Source: Clostridia bacterium (GTDB taxonomy: Bacteria; Bacillota; Clostridia; Oscillospirales; CAG-382). From it: 64,000 nucleotides of DNA. The notes beneath the pieces are model-generated. The model made no database searches and was not told the origin of the DNA. It saw nothing but the letters and a program-made list of their open reading frames with translations. Positions within the stretch are counted from its first letter, which is position 1. Every line of letters starts with the position of its first letter. The position numbers were made by a program, and so were the translations under genes. The DNA lies in NCBI GenBank assembly GCA_017399965.1, contig JAFQAP010000027.1:64632-128631 (forward strand), in the 5' to 3' direction. Below are positions 48,101-57,383 of this stretch, in pieces.

Positions 48101-48325
48101 AGCGCTGCTTTCAACCGAGCCGTAATCGTTATTGTCCTTTGGCGTTGCATATTCTTTTTCCCAAACGCCGGACTTGTCGTAAAGCTCGGACGAGCCGAAA
48201 TCAACGTAATCGAAGGAATCGGTAAAAAGCACCTGCGCTTCATTCGCGGTTGCAGGCATCGAGCCAAGCCCTAAGGACTGAACGCAAATGAGCAGGCAAA
48301 AAAGCACTGCAAGAATTTTCTTCAT
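45104..48325 (-). CDS. Large cell-surface metallophosphoesterase (purple-acid-phosphatase-like) with duplicated N-terminal lectin-like modules and a C-terminal TM anchor
   Basis: Signal peptide MKKILAVLFCLLICVQSLGLGSMPATA after GGAGG. Two ~230-aa homologous modules. PAP-N-like FN3 (YEYKIG...FKFRTA). Metallophosphoesterase motifs GDTQG, HTGDVVE, GNHD, FHEP, GHSHL. C-terminal helix IIVICVIAFIVLAVGAVLFIKRKK. Confidence 0.8.
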   Translation of the reverse strand: MKKILAVLFCLLICVQSLGLGSMPATANEAQVLFTDSFDYVDFGSSELYDKSGVWEKEYATPKDNNDYGSVESSAPIAKNGVLNFAEGDGIRFNWQKLNGFSGFDKSKTYTVTFDFKVLDFGDDVPRGQYSTWNRELYFAVAGYYNQIECRSGNYSGQIGIRAGDKTAALPLGGWTNDKSTYVLNKVYNCTFEWKPSEKTVISTVACDGKVIAKGSRTDELYATVNKHTRFLVWRCEDGAIEIDNVTFGDGTNEYVQNFDFGTEEYTMTAGGVWGLEEVRKTDAKAPELKNGAVILKEQSSIRFNWQKVKDVGAYDQTKTYIFDFDLKLTDKGDGSNWGGANYTRGIYIAFGGWYNLIEMPTKENIIKVGSTTKNFADSEHLNKQMHVTVSWEGANILVNITDSNGNEVIQGSRSGNAFTDMAAESAAMTNLVFRCEDGAFELDNFKFSVLTVEADSTTEINIAKGQQAVYTSEIDYSGNGKVMLKYGGAEMFCIENGNLRVAGKTVLGSYGKGSYKIESVISPDQEMQTVRVVGPNGEIIRRGFYTLLGGDAMNYFITGESKVVAADVKYEACTVNEYTLTTKEPIYTGSDAKIYNVVTSFNEAQTTRNFAWTAKSEFAGKNTMALKYRKVGDAEWMTVDAVKEIESVNTADEDYYKCDISSLSPDTEYEYKIGKKESDKDSDWTKIFKFRTAKESIDEFTFIAVGDTQGITWNGMTSGDKGFMFAMAAYQEAFEEVKDPAFILHTGDVVETGNNKDMWNMYFKSLNGYGTSTPMFAAIGNHDSLGTPLYFDYHFNHPNNGGNAALDQSFKNAVTGNILQLFQNADETIYSFDYGDAHFIVLNTGSYSNQDKHIIDAQRDWLTRDLEANKDAKWKIMLFHEPVYHRAGAGESRPWLHDVIEGYGVDLVIQGHSHLVTRTYPMKDGKIVTKAVDETIEKGIGTVYTTIGSTALNHDGANDAKYEEEIGILATPTPTQSAYTTVTVKNDKIVVTTKQINGFVLDSFTIEDKNASSDTSEDQIGEITDTSTEASDGSVSADPEDENSGSFTIIVICVIAFIVLAVGAVLFIKRKK

Positions 48326-48383
48326 AAGAAAGCCTCCGCGATATCGGCAATACCGTATTTTTAGAAAGTTTAACATGCAAATG

Positions 48384-48412
48384 TTGACAAAGCAAGTCAA
48401 ATAGTGTATATA
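48384..48412 (+). promoter_or_regulatory. Candidate SigA-type promoter for the AraC-family gene
   Basis: TTGACA (48384-48389), 17 nt, TATATA (48407-48412), in the divergent intergenic region. Confidence 0.5.
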
Positions 48413-48458
48413 TTATAGCAAAAAGTTGACTTTTTGGTTTTTGAGAAAGCGTAATGCC

Positions 48459-49280
48459 ATGACAAAAAAAGAAAGCGGTTTTACCTCCGGCAATCTCTCA
48501 CTTGAGTTCCACAGCTTCATACAACGTCAAAGCGGAGTGCTTAGGCAATTCCACAAAAATTACGAATGCATCACACCTCTCGAGGGAAAATGCGTATGCA
48601 CGGTAAACGAGCACCGTTACGAGCTTTCCGTCGGCGAATGCATAATTTTGTTTCCCTTTCAGGTGCTCGAGCTTGAGCTTGAGCCAAACGCTTCTGTGCA
48701 GCGAATAATATTTAACGACCACCTTATTCTCACAGTTACGCAATCGATCGAGGGTATGATACCAAAAAAACCTGTTTTCCGTCCGAACGAAAGCGTTCTC
48801 GATTTCGGGCTTAAAATGATCTTCGATACCTTCGGCGAAGACAGCGGCCCCATATCCAGAATAACGCCGTTCGAAAACAGAATGAGGATAAAAGGGCTTT
48901 TATATATGCTTGCAGGCGACTTTCTTGCCTCGACAACGCTCATCACAGCCCCAAAAACCGATATTGCGGCAATGAATATCGCTCTTTACATTGCGGAAAA
49001 CTTCAAAAACAACATTTCGCTTAAAGATATCGCGAAGGAAAAGGGATATAATTATCAGTATCTCTCTCGCACCTTCAACCGATATATGAACATGAACTTC
49101 AAAAAAATGCTTAACTTTTACCGCATACATCAGGCGTTTGCGATGCTTCAGGATACCGACCTTCCCATTTCGCGCATTGCTTTCGAATGCGGCTTCAAAA
49201 GCATTCGATCGTTCAATCAGGTATGCCACGACGTATTCAATAAAAAGCCAACGGAGATCAGAAGCATGAGAAGGATATAA
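48459..49280 (+). CDS. AraC-family transcriptional regulator
   Basis: Cupin-like N-terminal half. C-terminal double HTH (ISLKDIAKEKGYNYQYLSRTF...PISRIAFECGFKSIRSFNQVCHDVF). Divergent from the metallophosphoesterase gene. Confidence 0.8.
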   Translation: MTKKESGFTSGNLSLEFHSFIQRQSGVLRQFHKNYECITPLEGKCVCTVNEHRYELSVGECIILFPFQVLELELEPNASVQRIIFNDHLILTVTQSIEGMIPKKPVFRPNESVLDFGLKMIFDTFGEDSGPISRITPFENRMRIKGLLYMLAGDFLASTTLITAPKTDIAAMNIALYIAENFKNNISLKDIAKEKGYNYQYLSRTFNRYMNMNFKKMLNFYRIHQAFAMLQDTDLPISRIAFECGFKSIRSFNQVCHDVFNKKPTEIRSMRRI

Positions 49281-49343
49281 GACTCACGGTGCAGACAAAC
49301 AACATTGCCCGTTATATGCTTTTATACTTGGCATAAACAGTAT

Positions 49344-49378
49344 GCCCCGAGCAAAAGAAGCTCGGGGCGTGTTTGTTG
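49344..49378. terminator. Terminator hairpin
   Basis: GCCCCGAGC-aaaagaa-GCTCGGGGC followed by GTGTTTGTTG. Lies between convergent genes. Confidence 0.75.
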
Positions 49379-49385
49379 AATGTCA

Positions 49386-49721
49386 TTATTTCTTTTGTTT
49401 AAGCGTCGTTACCGACGAAACGAGCATTCGACGGATTTCAACACATGATTTTTGCATAACATCAAAATCGTCTTTTGAAATACTGTTCACCTCAAAAAGC
49501 AGTTCAAGCCAATATTCGCTTTCGGTACACTCTTTTAATGCGATTTCGAATTTTGAAATAAAGTCCTTTGTGCCCTGTGCATACTGCGCTTCGTGAACAT
49601 TGGCACCAATAGACGTTCCGGAACGCAAAAGCTGATTTATTAAAGCGCCTTCAGTTCCGTTTTGCTTTAACCTGCGGCAAAGAAAAACAATTTCTTTAGA
49701 GTCGTACTCTAAAGGACAGTC
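49386..49721 (-). pseudogene. Four-helix-bundle (23S rRNA IVS-like) protein gene lacking its 5' end / start codon
   Basis: QLLRSGTSIGANVHEAQYAQGTKDFISKFEIALKECTESEYWLELL is typical of the family. The frame stays open upstream to a stop at 49722-49724 with no ATG/GTG, and the first ~10-15 residues expected for the family are missing. Confidence 0.6.
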
Positions 49722-49732
49722 TTATGTAGGAT

Positions 49733-49760
49733 ACGGTGTAACCCGTGAGGGTTGCACCGT
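49733..49760 (+). terminator. Hairpin at the element edge
   Basis: ACGGTGTAACCC-gtga-GGGTTGCACCGT followed by TTTCCTTTGTTT on the plus strand. Sits just outside the recombinase stop (49772). Confidence 0.55.
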
Positions 49761-49771
49761 TTTCCTTTGTT

Positions 49772-51490
<1,719 letters not shown>

Positions 51491-51541
51491 TTAGGCGAAG
51501 CTATTATACAATGCTCGCTACACTTGATACAATTCTGTGGG

Positions 51542-51814
51542 TTACAGTTCAGTGGACAGAATCAAGTCCTTGAACTGCTGCAATATGGTTTCTTTGCCCT
51601 CTATATCGAAATGGGCGGTCACGTCGTAAACCGTGCCGCCGATCTTTTTGGATAAGCAAATCTTTTGCGGAATAGGGATAACAGGTAGCGGTGTTTTTCG
51701 TATCGACTGAGTAACCGGAATAACATATTCCTGCAAATCAATAGGGCGAGTATCATCAACCCGCCCCATCCCTTTAATCGCAAGAACATTATTATAATTG
51801 ATTTTCTGTAACAT
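51542..51814 (-). CDS. TnpW-like small transposon protein
   Basis: The C-terminus KKIGGTVYDVTAHFDIEGKETILQQFKDLIL resembles the TnpW family as I recall it. Start chosen at ATG 51814 (AAGGTGA RBS). Confidence 0.45.
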   Translation of the reverse strand: MLQKINYNNVLAIKGMGRVDDTRPIDLQEYVIPVTQSIRKTPLPVIPIPQKICLSKKIGGTVYDVTAHFDIEGKETILQQFKDLILSTEL

Positions 51815-51824
51815 ATATTTCACC

Positions 51825-52685
51825 TTACCTTTCATCACGGTTACGCTGACGGATTAAGAATTTGCGGTAATGCTCGCAAGCCTTCAAAACAAAATCCTCA
51901 GCCTGCTTTGCATTGGCGTTAGGGACATATTGGCGGATGCGTTCCATCGGGACTTTGAACATTTCCCGCTGATTGGCTTTTTCTTCACTCATAACAACGG
52001 CGATAACTTCGGGAGTCAAACCGTCCTCTTGGCTCATCTTCTTAAAGCGGCAAGCCTGCGAGAGTGACGGGGTGCAATCGTTCAGTTCCATCTGTTCCAA
52101 AAGGTCGTACTGTTCCTGCTCATTGAGATAGGAAAGCTCAACGGCGGGAGTGAAGGAAATGCGCCCTTCATCTACATATTGCAGAATTTCGGAGATAAGG
52201 TTGGTAAGACGGATATAGCGGCGGACTTGATTTTTGCTATCTCCCGTTTCTGCACCGACAATGTCGGCAGTTTCCAACTTCCCACCAAGTTGGTCGGAAG
52301 TTAAATCAGAACGCCAACCCTGATGCTTCATCGCTTCAAGCTTCATCTTGTAAGCAAAGGCTTTTTCAGAGGGTAAAATATGCTCTCGGTGCAAGTTACT
52401 GTCCACAAGCACTATCGCCGCCGCATCACGGTCAAGGGAAACAATTAAGGCAGGGATTTCGGTGATCCCTGCCTTTCTGCTTGCCATAACCCGTCTGTGA
52501 CCGGATATGATCTCATATTCATCTGTGGTGTTTTCGAGAGGTCGGACTATGATAGGAGATACAACGCCGTGCGTCTTAATGCTTTCGGCAAGGGCATCCA
52601 TTTCCTCGTTGTCCTGCACTTTGTAGGGATGATTCTCAAAGGGGTGTAATTTCTCGATAGAGATATTTTTCTTAGTATTTTTCAT
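51825..52685 (-). CDS. ParB/Srx-like N-terminal-domain protein
   Basis: IEKLHPFENHPY...HGVVSPIIVRP...YEIISGHRR is a ParB nuclease-like box. ATGA overlap with the relaxase gene. Confidence 0.85.
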   Translation of the reverse strand: MKNTKKNISIEKLHPFENHPYKVQDNEEMDALAESIKTHGVVSPIIVRPLENTTDEYEIISGHRRVMASRKAGITEIPALIVSLDRDAAAIVLVDSNLHREHILPSEKAFAYKMKLEAMKHQGWRSDLTSDQLGGKLETADIVGAETGDSKNQVRRYIRLTNLISEILQYVDEGRISFTPAVELSYLNEQEQYDLLEQMELNDCTPSLSQACRFKKMSQEDGLTPEVIAVVMSEEKANQREMFKVPMERIRQYVPNANAKQAEDFVLKACEHYRKFLIRQRNRDER

Positions 52686-54055
52686 CGTTCATAACCTCGT
52701 TCTTTCTTAATAATTAAACCGTTGTGTTTCAGTTCGATATTGCGCTCGGCGTCAAGCAGTTCGTGAATTTTAGGAATATGCTCCTCAATGCGCAGGGCGA
52801 CTTTTAATTCCTTTCGCAAGGGAGTAATTCTTGCGGTGATCTTCTTTGCCTGCTCCTTCAGGGCGGCATCTTCTTCGGGCGTTTTCACTCGGCGCAGTTT
52901 TAGCCGCAGGGCATACCGTTCTTGCTCCAATGCAGAGATACGGGCGGATAAGTTCTCTTGAAGTGACAAAAGCTCCTTCGGCGACTCAATATGGTTGTCG
53001 CAAAGGAGCTTGTATTCCTCAATATATTTATCTAACTTCTGTACCTCCACCCGCATCATCGGGGACAGTGGGCGGTTGTCCGCTTCTTGGATATTGCCGC
53101 CCGTGCAGAGTTTTAAGATTTCAATAAACAGTTCAAATAATAACTGCACCGTATCTTTCCGCTGTGCTTGCCGCAATTGGTATTCAAAGTTAAGCAGCGG
53201 CGCTCGTTTCCATTTGGGCGTTATAAGCACATACAGTTCGGGCAGGCGTTGGTTGGCAACGAGCTTTTGCCGCATTGCCTCCCGTGAGTATTTTTCGCCA
53301 AGACCTGAAATGCGCACCGCCCGTTTCCATCCGTCTGCTATAACGGAGGGGTGTTCATAGCGGAAATCATGCTCAAATCTGTACCCAAGGCATTTAAGGT
53401 AATATTCAAATTCCTTAAAGGTACAGCATTTGGAAAGTGCTTCGTCCACGTCACGCCGTAACATATCCCGATGAGTGAGCTTGCCGGAGTTGCGTATCCA
53501 ATACGCTTTTTTATTGCCGTAAAAATGCGTAAAGGGTATTACGGACTTTCCGTGTTCCTTGCAGACCGCATCGGAGATCTGCCGAAGTTCCACGTGGTCA
53601 CGGATATGGTTTTCAAACTTTCTGCCCGTCTTAAAAGAAACGGAATTTATCACGAAATGATTGTGAATATTATCCGTGTTGAGATGTGTGGTAACGACTA
53701 TCTCATAGTTTTTGCCCCACATCAGTTTTGCCGTTTCTACGCCAATACGGTGCGCTTCAGCGGGAGTGACTTCATCTGCTACAAAACTCTGATACCCGTG
53801 ATAGGCAACGTTGCCACCGAGCTTTCCGTACCGCCGTTTAGTTGCCATCATACATTGGTATGCTCTCTGCTTCGGACAGTTAATGCCCGACACATACATT
53901 GTTTGGTCAGTCTTTTGGTCGTTCTCCACGTAACGGAGCGCCGCCCACAAGTCCTCGTCCAAGAACTTTTTATCGGTGGTTTTATCGGGGTTCTCCGCAT
54001 AGTCGATTACTTCCTTTAATCGGGACTTGACGGGCCAGAAGCCTGTGCTTGCCAT
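52682..54055 (-). CDS. Relaxase/mobilization nuclease (MobA/VirD2 family)
   Basis: His-rich metal motif HLNTDNIHNHFVIN, an N-terminal YHGYQSF region, and a coiled-coil C-terminus. Confidence 0.85.
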   Translation of the reverse strand: MASTGFWPVKSRLKEVIDYAENPDKTTDKKFLDEDLWAALRYVENDQKTDQTMYVSGINCPKQRAYQCMMATKRRYGKLGGNVAYHGYQSFVADEVTPAEAHRIGVETAKLMWGKNYEIVVTTHLNTDNIHNHFVINSVSFKTGRKFENHIRDHVELRQISDAVCKEHGKSVIPFTHFYGNKKAYWIRNSGKLTHRDMLRRDVDEALSKCCTFKEFEYYLKCLGYRFEHDFRYEHPSVIADGWKRAVRISGLGEKYSREAMRQKLVANQRLPELYVLITPKWKRAPLLNFEYQLRQAQRKDTVQLLFELFIEILKLCTGGNIQEADNRPLSPMMRVEVQKLDKYIEEYKLLCDNHIESPKELLSLQENLSARISALEQERYALRLKLRRVKTPEEDAALKEQAKKITARITPLRKELKVALRIEEHIPKIHELLDAERNIELKHNGLIIKKERGYER

Positions 54056-54381
54056 TGTGCCACCTCCTTGCGTATCTGCCGTGCGGTTTGCTTTGGCGCA
54101 TCTATGATTTCGGCATAAATATCGTCAAAGAGTTTAAGTGCCGCCGCTTCGGTTTCGGGAGATAACTCACGGTTGAGCAGTTCGCTTATTTTCTCGTTAA
54201 AAACATAAAAGGCATCGGGAACAACTGCTTTCACAGTGTATCCCAATGCCCGTTTACGGAGATATTCAGCGACAGGGATGCCGCAGCTCTCGGCGAGTTC
54301 GGTGATCTTCTTTTTCTCCTGCGGAGATACCCGAAGATATAACCGACACGGCTTTTCTTTTGGATTTCTATTCATATACAT
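54016..54381 (-). CDS. MobC-like relaxosome accessory protein
   Basis: 121 aa with RVSPQEKKKITELAESCGIPVAEYLRKRALG (RHH-type MobC pattern). Directly upstream of, and overlapping, the relaxase gene. Confidence 0.7.
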   Translation of the reverse strand: MYMNRNPKEKPCRLYLRVSPQEKKKITELAESCGIPVAEYLRKRALGYTVKAVVPDAFYVFNEKISELLNRELSPETEAAALKLFDDIYAEIIDAPKQTARQIRKEVAQWQAQASGPSSPD

Positions 54382-54404
54382 ACCTTCTTTCTGTCATCGG
54401 GGTA

Positions 54405-54478
54405 TTAGGGGTGTCCCCTAAAGGTGAACAGTAGGCGGAAACGCTTACTGTTTATTTGGAACTTGCCGTACAAGTTCC
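54405..54478. promoter_or_regulatory. Candidate oriT (inverted-repeat cluster upstream of mobC)
   Basis: TTAGGGG-tgt-CCCCTAA (54405-54421). AACAGTAGGCG/CGCTTACTGTT (54427-54452, one mismatch). GGAACTTG-ccgta-CAAGTTCC (54458-54478). Confidence 0.5.
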
Positions 54479-54733
54479 CTGCTTGTTACGGTGTAAGACA
54501 CACGCTTTTAGCGTATATCTTCCATTCTCCGTGACTTGCACCGTGAGGGAGCGACCTCATACCGTTGTTATCAGTGCAAATCCTTCAAAAGTTCCATTTA
54601 TCTGCTCTGTTGGCATCACTTTTATTGTAAATGCCGTCAGTATTGCAAAATAGTGGAACCATAGGAGTTAGTGGGGGTAATCCCTTTGGATATTGCCATC
54701 ACAGTACCGTCAAAAGCAGGAATTAGTGTTACC

Positions 54734-55060
54734 TTAGAAACTGTCGAGGAAATCCAGTACCGCTTCTTCGTTTTCAGCATTGTTTTCTTTTTCGGCGGGT
54801 GTTTGTGCAGAGGGTGTCTGCACAAACTGTAATAGACCGCCAAAGGGATTGCTTTTTGCGACTTCCTCTCGGATAGTGGATATAACCCTTTCAAGGAAAG
54901 CATCTTCGGATGCCGTCCTTTCCGACAACTCCATAAATCCGCATATAGCAGAAATGACCGCCTTGCTGTACGATTTCTCTGCGCCTAGCAGATAGTCATA
55001 CGCCCTGCGGTCATTTTCCTTATCCAAATTGAAACGGATTTTTACGTTCTTAACGCTCAT
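54734..55060 (-). CDS. ParR-like ribbon-helix-helix protein (tentative)
   Basis: 108 aa. The N-terminus VKIRFNLDKENDRRAYDYL looks RHH-like. ATGA-type overlap with the upstream ParM-like gene. Confidence 0.4.
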   Translation of the reverse strand: MSVKNVKIRFNLDKENDRRAYDYLLGAEKSYSKAVISAICGFMELSERTASEDAFLERVISTIREEVAKSNPFGGLLQFVQTPSAQTPAEKENNAENEEAVLDFLDSF

Positions 55061-55983
55061 ACTGCACCACCGTTTCTGTTAAGGGTAACAAGAGCCATAT
55101 ACTCATATCCCTTTGCGGTGGCGCAAATATCTTCGTTGATGTTTACTCGGTTTGCATCGCAATCGGCAAAATTGCGGATAAGACAGCCACCGCCGCCGAC
55201 CACATATAGCTTCATCAATTTCGGATTGTATTCGTGGTCACGCAAACGACGAAAGATACCGGTGGTGTATTCCTTTGCGGTCTTGATAACCGTATCAAGA
55301 TACTCACCGTCAATATCTGCCGTGCCTTTCTTTAGAATTTCCGTAATGATGGTATCATCAAGGGAGGCGTGGTGTACCTTCATCATCTGCTCACGGATGA
55401 GCAAAGCGCACTGATGGGTGCCGTACTTCTCGGTAAACATACGCTGTGCATCGGGTTTTCTGTTTACGATCCGAAGAAGGTTCATTGTGCCGTTTCCAAT
55501 ATCACAGAGCATATTTACGCCCTTAAAATCACCGAGCTTTTCGGCAACGGCGGCAAACCCCTGCGGATAGATTTCTGCGCCTATGATTTTAATGCGGTAT
55601 TCCGTATTGCGGAAAGTGAAAGCAACCTCACTGTGCTGAAGCAGATATTTTTTGAAATCTGCCTTTTGCTCACTTACCCAAGTTAGGGGCAGTCCTGCGG
55701 CAATGAATACGGCGGCTTCGGTAATACGCTCCCGTCTGAGTTCCCGTGCAATGGCGGCAAGAGTGAGAACATAATAATCCTCATCGTTAAACTTGTCCGC
55801 CGCAAATTCCTTATGACCGACTCCGATGGAATAATACTTGCCGTTCCATACAAGCAGGTCGCTGACAAAGGTGGGTTCGGTATCGTTTTTCATAAGTCCG
55901 GTGGGAAAGCAGCCGTTTGCCGTTTTCATATTCCCATATCCGTGGTCGATACCGATAACGTACATTTCATTAAATTTCTTCAT
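55057..55983 (-). CDS. ParM/StbA-family actin-like segregation ATPase
   Basis: VIGIDHGYGNMKT (phosphate-1), DIGNGTMN (phosphate-2), VVGGGG (adenosine motif). Confidence 0.8.
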   Translation of the reverse strand: MKKFNEMYVIGIDHGYGNMKTANGCFPTGLMKNDTEPTFVSDLLVWNGKYYSIGVGHKEFAADKFNDEDYYVLTLAAIARELRRERITEAAVFIAAGLPLTWVSEQKADFKKYLLQHSEVAFTFRNTEYRIKIIGAEIYPQGFAAVAEKLGDFKGVNMLCDIGNGTMNLLRIVNRKPDAQRMFTEKYGTHQCALLIREQMMKVHHASLDDTIITEILKKGTADIDGEYLDTVIKTAKEYTTGIFRRLRDHEYNPKLMKLYVVGGGGCLIRNFADCDANRVNINEDICATAKGYEYMALVTLNRNGGAV

Positions 55984-56001
55984 TTTACATTTCTCCTTTT
56001 C

Positions 56002-56232
56002 TTACTTTGATTTGTTGATTTTCTTGATTTGCTCATACAGCTCTCTGTCGCTGGGCAGTACCGCTTCTTTGAAATAGTTGCAGTAAATACCGTAGATAGA
56101 AATAAGCTGCACACAGCGGTGTGCTTCGCCGTCGTCAAGCAGGATGCAGTTGCCATCCTCATCACAGTTGGCACATAATTTCTTTACGAGTTTTTTTATT
56201 CGCACTGCCTGCTTGGGTGTAATTTTCATCAT
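56002..56232 (-). CDS. Cysteine-rich VLP-domain protein
   Basis: CANCDEDGNCILLDDGEAHRCVQ...YCNYFKEAVLP matches the Cys-rich 'VLP' family as I recall it. ATG after AGGAGG. Confidence 0.65.
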   Translation of the reverse strand: MMKITPKQAVRIKKLVKKLCANCDEDGNCILLDDGEAHRCVQLISIYGIYCNYFKEAVLPSDRELYEQIKKINKSK

Positions 56233-56304
56233 AAAACTTCCTCCTTTTTCGATTTTTTTTGGGCATAAAAATAACACCTACCGATTTTTCAGGGGTAGGT
56301 GTTA

Positions 56305-57201
56305 TCAAGTGATTTTTCTGTTTTCAAAGCCGTAATCTTCACCGGTAAACTCTTCAAAAGCCAATCCGATTTTACGAATACGCTTCAAAACGCCGCTATG
56401 GGTTTTGTAGCCGAGCTTTTCAGCAATTTCTTCAAGCGTATCGCCCTCCATACGCATTTGGAGAATTGCCATATCCTTTTCGGTCAGCGTTGCCTTGAAC
56501 TGTTCAACCAAGATTTCGGAAGTAACATTTTCCTCCACGTCCTGCGAGGTATCAGGCTCGTCCCACTCCTGACCGTTGTGGTTCTCGGCATAGTTTTCTT
56601 TGAATTCCTCAAGGGAAATCATAGGATGCTTGGTTCGGGTGTGATACCATTTGCGGTGAAAGTCTGTTTTTGGGCGACTGTTACGAAAATCGAAGTCCTC
56701 AAAGCATCTGAATTCTTCCGCAATTTGTATGGTAGCATTCATATTATGCTTTTTCATTGCTCTCGGAACAACATACCGCAAATAAACGTCCAATTCTTCT
56801 TCGGTTACATACCCGAATTCCTCATTGCAATTTTGGAACAAATTATTTACTGTGGGAACGATACCCTCATCTATAAGTTCCTGTACCCAATAACCGGGTG
56901 AATGAGCAAGAATCCAAGCGGGATCATAACCGGAATATATCTCCATATACTCACTGTGTCCCATATACGGCCATACCATATATGCCGTCGCATCTATGAT
57001 GAGAAGTAAAAACAGATCGCTTTCGATAAATTCGCACGCTTCTCGATTAGAGAAAATCAACCGTGGATTGCGTGGGATTGAATTTAATTCAGCGCCACAT
57101 TTCTTCAAAATTCTTTTGGGGATAAAGTAGTAAAACGGAATATATTCCGAGTTACGAAACGGTGTGGGCGGTCCGTTCCTTCTTGTTAATAATAATGGCA
57201 T
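56305..57201 (-). CDS. Sigma-70 region-4 (HTH) domain protein with a large unknown N-terminal domain
   Basis: The C-terminus LTEKDMAILQMRMEGDTLEEIAEKLGYKTHSGVLKRIRKI is a sigma-70 r4/LuxR-type HTH. I do not recognise the N-terminal ~220 aa. Confidence 0.6.
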   Translation of the reverse strand: MPLLLTRRNGPPTPFRNSEYIPFYYFIPKRILKKCGAELNSIPRNPRLIFSNREACEFIESDLFLLLIIDATAYMVWPYMGHSEYMEIYSGYDPAWILAHSPGYWVQELIDEGIVPTVNNLFQNCNEEFGYVTEEELDVYLRYVVPRAMKKHNMNATIQIAEEFRCFEDFDFRNSRPKTDFHRKWYHTRTKHPMISLEEFKENYAENHNGQEWDEPDTSQDVEENVTSEILVEQFKATLTEKDMAILQMRMEGDTLEEIAEKLGYKTHSGVLKRIRKIGLAFEEFTGEDYGFENRKIT

Positions 57202-57327
57202 TTTCTTCGCCTCCTTTCCAGAGGATAGTGTCCTCTATTTATTATTCGACACAAGCAATAGCAAATTGTTCCTGCTTTTCGAAAAAATTATATCATATTT
57301 TAGTGTCCAATAAAACTCCCTTTGCCG

Positions 57328-57383
57328 AAAAAACAAAAAAAGCCCCGTTAGGAATGCTGAAAATACTGCACTCCCAACGGGGC
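57328..57383 (-). terminator. Orphan intrinsic-terminator-like hairpin
   Basis: Minus strand: GCCCCGTTGGGA-18 nt loop-TCCTAACGGGGC followed by TTTTTTTGTTTTTT. No minus-strand gene lies upstream of it. Confidence 0.5.

Noticed and set aside
49386-49628. The 80-aa ORF as an intact four-helix-bundle gene
   Set aside because: It starts at a TTG in the middle of a conserved helix (QLL-RSGTSIGAN). Family-like sequence continues upstream in frame without a start codon, so I treat it as 5'-truncated.
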